A stretch of 64,000 bases of DNA from the NCBI GenBank assembly GCA_034530875.2, contig JAVRCJ020000001.1, forward strand, positions 256,001 through 320,000. The letters run 5' to 3'. A model generated the notes under the pieces. The model was given only the letters and a program-made list of their open reading frames with translations, was not told where the DNA came from and made no database searches. This document shows, in pieces, positions 63,002 through 64,000 of this stretch. The translations under genes were made by a program, and so were the position numbers. The stretch's first letter is position 1. Each line of letters starts with the position of its first letter. Source of the stretch: Nostoc sp. DedSLP01 (GTDB taxonomy: Bacteria; Cyanobacteriota; Cyanobacteriia; Cyanobacteriales; Nostocaceae).

Positions 63002-63553
63002 TTAACTTTTAACATGCTGCCGGAGAGATTGCAAACATATCTGAATTTTTGTATCTATTAATTGATTATCAACAGGCAATCTCTCGCCAGTCACCCAAGC
63101 TTCTTGGGGTTGAAACTGATATATTCTCCGGGGTGAATCATTTAAATAATCATCAACTGTGCGATTGTGTTTTCTCTGGGCACGATTTAGAAGTAGCTTG
63201 AGTATCTTTTCTGTATCCTCTGGCTTTAATTCTGATGCAGTTCCAGAAAAATATAAACCCTCTGCCGTACCTTCAGAACGATGTGAATTAAAAATAGCGA
63301 TCGCTACTTTCCCATCATTGCTATATAAATTCTGCGAATGCTTGGATTCAATAGCCGAACTCCAATAAATATTACACCGATCGTCATACGCAAAAAATAG
63401 AGGTGATACCCAAGGATAACCATCAAAAGAACAAGTAGACACAGTGCAATAAATATTACTTTCTAAAAGCCGAAATGCTTTCGCAATCACCTCCGGATTT
63501 TGAAAATCAATTGTATTAACCCATCGATTCCTAACACTTGCAGATTCCAACAT
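63002..63553 (-). CDS. pyridoxamine 5'-phosphate oxidase-like FMN-binding protein
   Basis: TVST...DGYPWVSPLF, S.HSQNL...VAIAI. Confidence 0.85.
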   Translation of the reverse strand: MLESASVRNRWVNTIDFQNPEVIAKAFRLLESNIYCTVSTCSFDGYPWVSPLFFAYDDRCNIYWSSAIESKHSQNLYSNDGKVAIAIFNSHRSEGTAEGLYFSGTASELKPEDTEKILKLLLNRAQRKHNRTVDDYLNDSPRRIYQFQPQEAWVTGERLPVDNQLIDTKIQICLQSLRQHVKS

Positions 63554-63689
63554 AATATCTTCTCAATATGCAATCCCAGCAATATTATTTACCTAGCAAA
63601 TTAAATCGCAAAAAACTCTGCGTTTCTTTGCGTGACTTGGCGTTTAAAAATATTATCATTGTTAGGCAAGCATGGATTGCTACGACCAA

Positions 63690-64000
63690 TTAAAGTTGAT
63701 TTCGCGCCTTCAATTGCAGATATCGCTCAACCAACTCATCAGCAATTTGATTTGCTGGTGCATCTAATACTAATACACCTTTTTGCTTGAGTTGAGCAAA
63801 TGCCACTTGTCGCTGTGCTAATAAATCTAATGCCACTGCACGCACATAAGCACCTGCAACATTTTCACTAAAAGTATTTGCCAGCTTATCGACTTGCGGA
63901 TCTCGCAAAGTTACGCAAAATGGCAAATAACGGGGTGCAAGTTTAGAAAGCGCAGCCAACAATTCCATAGAAGCCGTGACATCAACTAAGTCAGTAATTA
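63690..64000 (-). CDS. C-terminus of DUF58 family protein (partial, starts beyond the window)
   Basis: ITDLVDVTAS.EL...CVTLRDP...GVLVLDA...YLQLKAR. Confidence 0.8.
   Translation of the reverse strand, partial: ITDLVDVTASMELLAALSKLAPRYLPFCVTLRDPQVDKLANTFSENVAGAYVRAVALDLLAQRQVAFAQLKQKGVLVLDAPANQIADELVERYLQLKARNQL

Overview
This is a 64 kb chromosomal window from a filamentous, probably Nostocalean, cyanobacterium, judged from frequent HIP1 GCGATCGC sites, heptamer STRR repeats and many MITE-like elements. From left to right it contains: (1) gene remnants, a candidate three-way-junction ncRNA and a DGxRPI repeat protein; (2) a ~10 kb signalling island with four Crp/Fnr paralogues, four stand-alone receiver proteins that all lack the phospho-accepting Asp, a GAF-PAS-PAS-GAF hybrid kinase and a recurring Crp-geometry palindrome GTACG-N4-CGTAC; (3) housekeeping and regulatory genes (TrmH, tRNA-Leu(CAG), NarL regulator, hybrid kinase, phosphoketolase, rimM, avtA, frmA); (4) a truncated REP-associated tyrosine transposase with REP-like palindromes; (5) a membrane GrpE-like plus atypical Hsp70 pair; (6) an RTX protein with Tyr/Ser-rich variable loops; (7) a decaying detoxification oxidoreductase cluster; (8) two tandem Ser/Thr kinases and arfB; (9) a 1837-aa GT2 glycosyltransferase-TpsA-CHAT protease fusion divergent from a TpsB transporter; and (10) a type I-D-like CRISPR array (19 intact + 2 degenerate repeats) with no cas genes in the window. 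The best candidates for an undescribed system are the GT2-TpsA-CHAT/TpsB locus and the Crp/pseudo-receiver island. All calls come from reading motifs by eye; no database searches were run.
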